Assembly (NCBI RefSeq): GCF_006345805.1
Contig: NC_043003.1
Span: forward strand, 12,028,001 to 12,092,000
DNA length: 64,000 nt
Reading direction: 5' to 3'
From: Octopus sinensis
Taxonomy: Eukaryota
Part shown: positions 61,790 through 64,000 of the stretch, in pieces
Layout: every line of letters begins with the position of its first letter
Position numbering within the stretch: the first letter of the stretch is position 1
Position numbers and translations under genes: made by a program
Notes under the pieces: model-generated
Databases searched by the model: none
Told to the model about the DNA's origin: nothing
Seen by the model: the letters and a program-made list of their open reading frames with translations, nothing else

Positions 61790-61960
61790 GTTACCGACAT
61801 TTCGTCTGTCTTTACGTTCTGAGTTCAAATTCCGCCCAGGTCGACTTTACCCTTTATCATTTCATGGTCGATAAAATAAGTACCAGCTAAGCACTGAGGT
61901 CGATCGATCGACTTACCCCTCCTCCGAAATTTCTGGCCTAGTGCCAAAATTTGAAACCAG
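61790..61960 (+). mobile_element. SINE-A, tail type 2
   Basis: B box, central domain, GAAATTTCTGGCCTAGTGCCAAAATTTGAAACC. Confidence 0.85.
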
Positions 61961-62029
61961 TATATATTTCCTTTACCTTAGAAACAAGAGGGTTATTTAT
62001 TTTGCACCTTCTGACCTCTGTTGCCCAAT

Positions 62030-62410
62030 TCTTTTCTACTCTAAGCACAAGGCCCGAAACTTTTGAGCGGGGGCAGTCGATTATATCGACCCAGTACGTA
62101 GCTGGTACCTAATTTACCAACCCCTTAAGGATGAAAGGTAAAGTCGACATCAGCGGAATTTGAACTCAGAACGTAAAGACAGACGAAATACCTATTTCTT
62201 TACTACCCACATGGGGCTAAACACAGAGGGGACAAACAAGGACAGACAAACGGATTAAGTCGATTACATCGACTCCAGTGCGTAACTGGTACTTAATTTA
62301 TCGACCCCGAAAGGACGAAAGGCAAAGTCGACTTCGGCGGAATTTGAACTCAGAACGTAACTGCAGACGAAATACGGCTACGCATTTCGCCCGGCGTGCT
62401 TAACGTATCT
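62030..62410 (-). mobile_element. Dimeric SINE-A
   Basis: Two central domains with the same junction. Confidence 0.9.
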
Positions 62411-62787
62411 GTTGTCCAATTAAAAGTGTCAGCTAGACCTTCGATACCTCACTAGCTATAGCTTATTCCCCTAGCTTCTAATATATAAATAGATAATGAG
62501 AGGTCACTCAAAAGTAGCAGTCTAGTTTTTGACCGAGAAACACATCCACAAAGAGAGTAAGATTATCGTACTAATGATGACTATTTATCCAGAAACACAT
62601 ATCTGTTCTTTAATCTCCAGACAATAAACTTATTCTTTTCCTTAACGGCAATGTATAAACAGCTTGTTCATTTATATAAAACAGGTGTCTTTTTTTTAGG
62701 GTTTTGTCTAGAAGAGAACATTATTTTTATTTTTCTGCTCCGACATCCGAAACTTGGAGTTTTATCATGGCTTCCGAATAATTGTCA

Positions 62788-62950
62788 CTGGCTTCTTTCA
62801 GTTTCCGTCAACCAAATCCACTCACAAGGGTTTGGTCGGCTCGCGGCAATAGCAGAAGACACTTGCTCAAGGTGCTACGCAGTGGGACTGAACCCAGAAC
62901 AATGTGGTTGGTAAGCAAGCATCTTACCACACAGCCACTCTTGCACCTGT
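62788..62950 (-). mobile_element. SINE-B 5' half
   Basis: GGCTTCTTTCAGTTTCCGTC..CTTACCACACAGCCACTC. Confidence 0.88.
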
Positions 62951-63324
62951 ATAAAAAAAATTGTTAAAACATTTTGTGCATTGTAGAAATATAACCTGTT
63001 TATTGCGCATAAACTTTAACGAAAATCATAAATGGACCCCCAAGGGACGTGTGGATCTTAGTTGAGAATCACTATTTTAACTCGGATATTGGTCTGCGAC
63101 CATTGGCAGCAGACACTATTATAACTACAACAATAATTGCATTCACTTGCTAGGCAATGAAACTGCTTTAGTCAGCTATCCTGTCTATCACACGCAAATA
63201 CTATGACAAGCTTCGTATCACTGTCACAAGTATACTTATGCGGTTAGGAATACAATCAACCATTCTACCGAATGCATATACTGCTAACATGTTTATACTT
63301 GAACTGATAGAGATTTAGATATTT

Positions 63325-63960
63325 AAGGGTTTCAAATTTTGGCACAAGGCCAGCGATTTTGAACAGAGTGAGTCGATTACATTGTCCGCCAGTGTTCAAA
63401 TGGTTTATATTCTATAGACCCTGAAAGGATGAAAGGGGAAGTCAACCTCGGCTGGAATTGAGCTCAGAACGTAAAGAACCGGAAGAAACGCCAACGATTC
63501 TGCTGTAATAATTCCTTCTAATTTTGGGAAAAGACCAGCAGTTGGAGGGGAGGGCATGTTTCGAACTCTGTACTTGAGTGGTACTTTATTTCATCGATCC
63601 CGAAAGGATGAAAGACAAAGTTGGCCGCAGCAGCACATGAACTCAAAGCGTAAAGAACCGGAAGAAATTCTGCTAAGCACTTTTGTCAACCCGCTAACAA
63701 TTTTGCCAGCTTGCCGCTTTAATAATAATAATAATAATAATCTTTTTACTTATAGGCACAAGGCCTGAAATTTGGAAGGCGGGAGGGGGGGGGTAAGTTG
63801 ATAACATCAATCCCAGTGCTCAACTGGTTTTTATTTCATCGACCCCGAAAGGGTAGACGTCAAAGCCGACCTCGGCGGAATTTGAACTCAGAACGTAAAG
63901 GCGGACGATATGCCGCTAAGCATTTTGTCCGTACTGACGATTCTGCCACCTCGCCGCCGT
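63325..63960 (-). mobile_element. Three tandem SINE-A copies
   Basis: Central domains near 63420, 63600 and 63840, separated by short AAT runs. Confidence 0.85.
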
Positions 63961-64000
63961 AAAATAATAATAATAATAATAATAATAAATGCCCTGATAC

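Overview
AT-rich, repeat-saturated animal genomic DNA with one 100-N assembly gap (605-704). The SINE families, microsatellite load and LINE mix point to an octopus genome; this is an inference, not a database match. I could not support any host protein-coding exon, rRNA, true tRNA or CRISPR array, and almost all ORFs in the track are microsatellite artefacts. The window is a nest of transposon remnants: four tRNA-headed SINE families (called A, B, C and K here) in more than 40 copies; RTE, Tx1/L1-like, RLE-bearing (HERO/NeSL-like) and Penelope-like retroelement fragments; a DD37D (maT) Tc1/mariner transposon; mariner and Tigger-like MITEs; non-autonomous Helitrons, including a head-to-tail CTAG|TC tandem; and several fold-back palindromes. 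The most interesting signal, read by eye, is a set of hammerhead-ribozyme-like motifs in at least six unrelated small repeat families. They include near-complete minimal type I motifs, a U3-A8 core variant, a type III-like fold, and a two-copy family whose three hammerhead segments occur in non-circularly permuted order with a compensatory base change. None has been folded computationally or tested, and each deviates from the canonical core at one or more positions.
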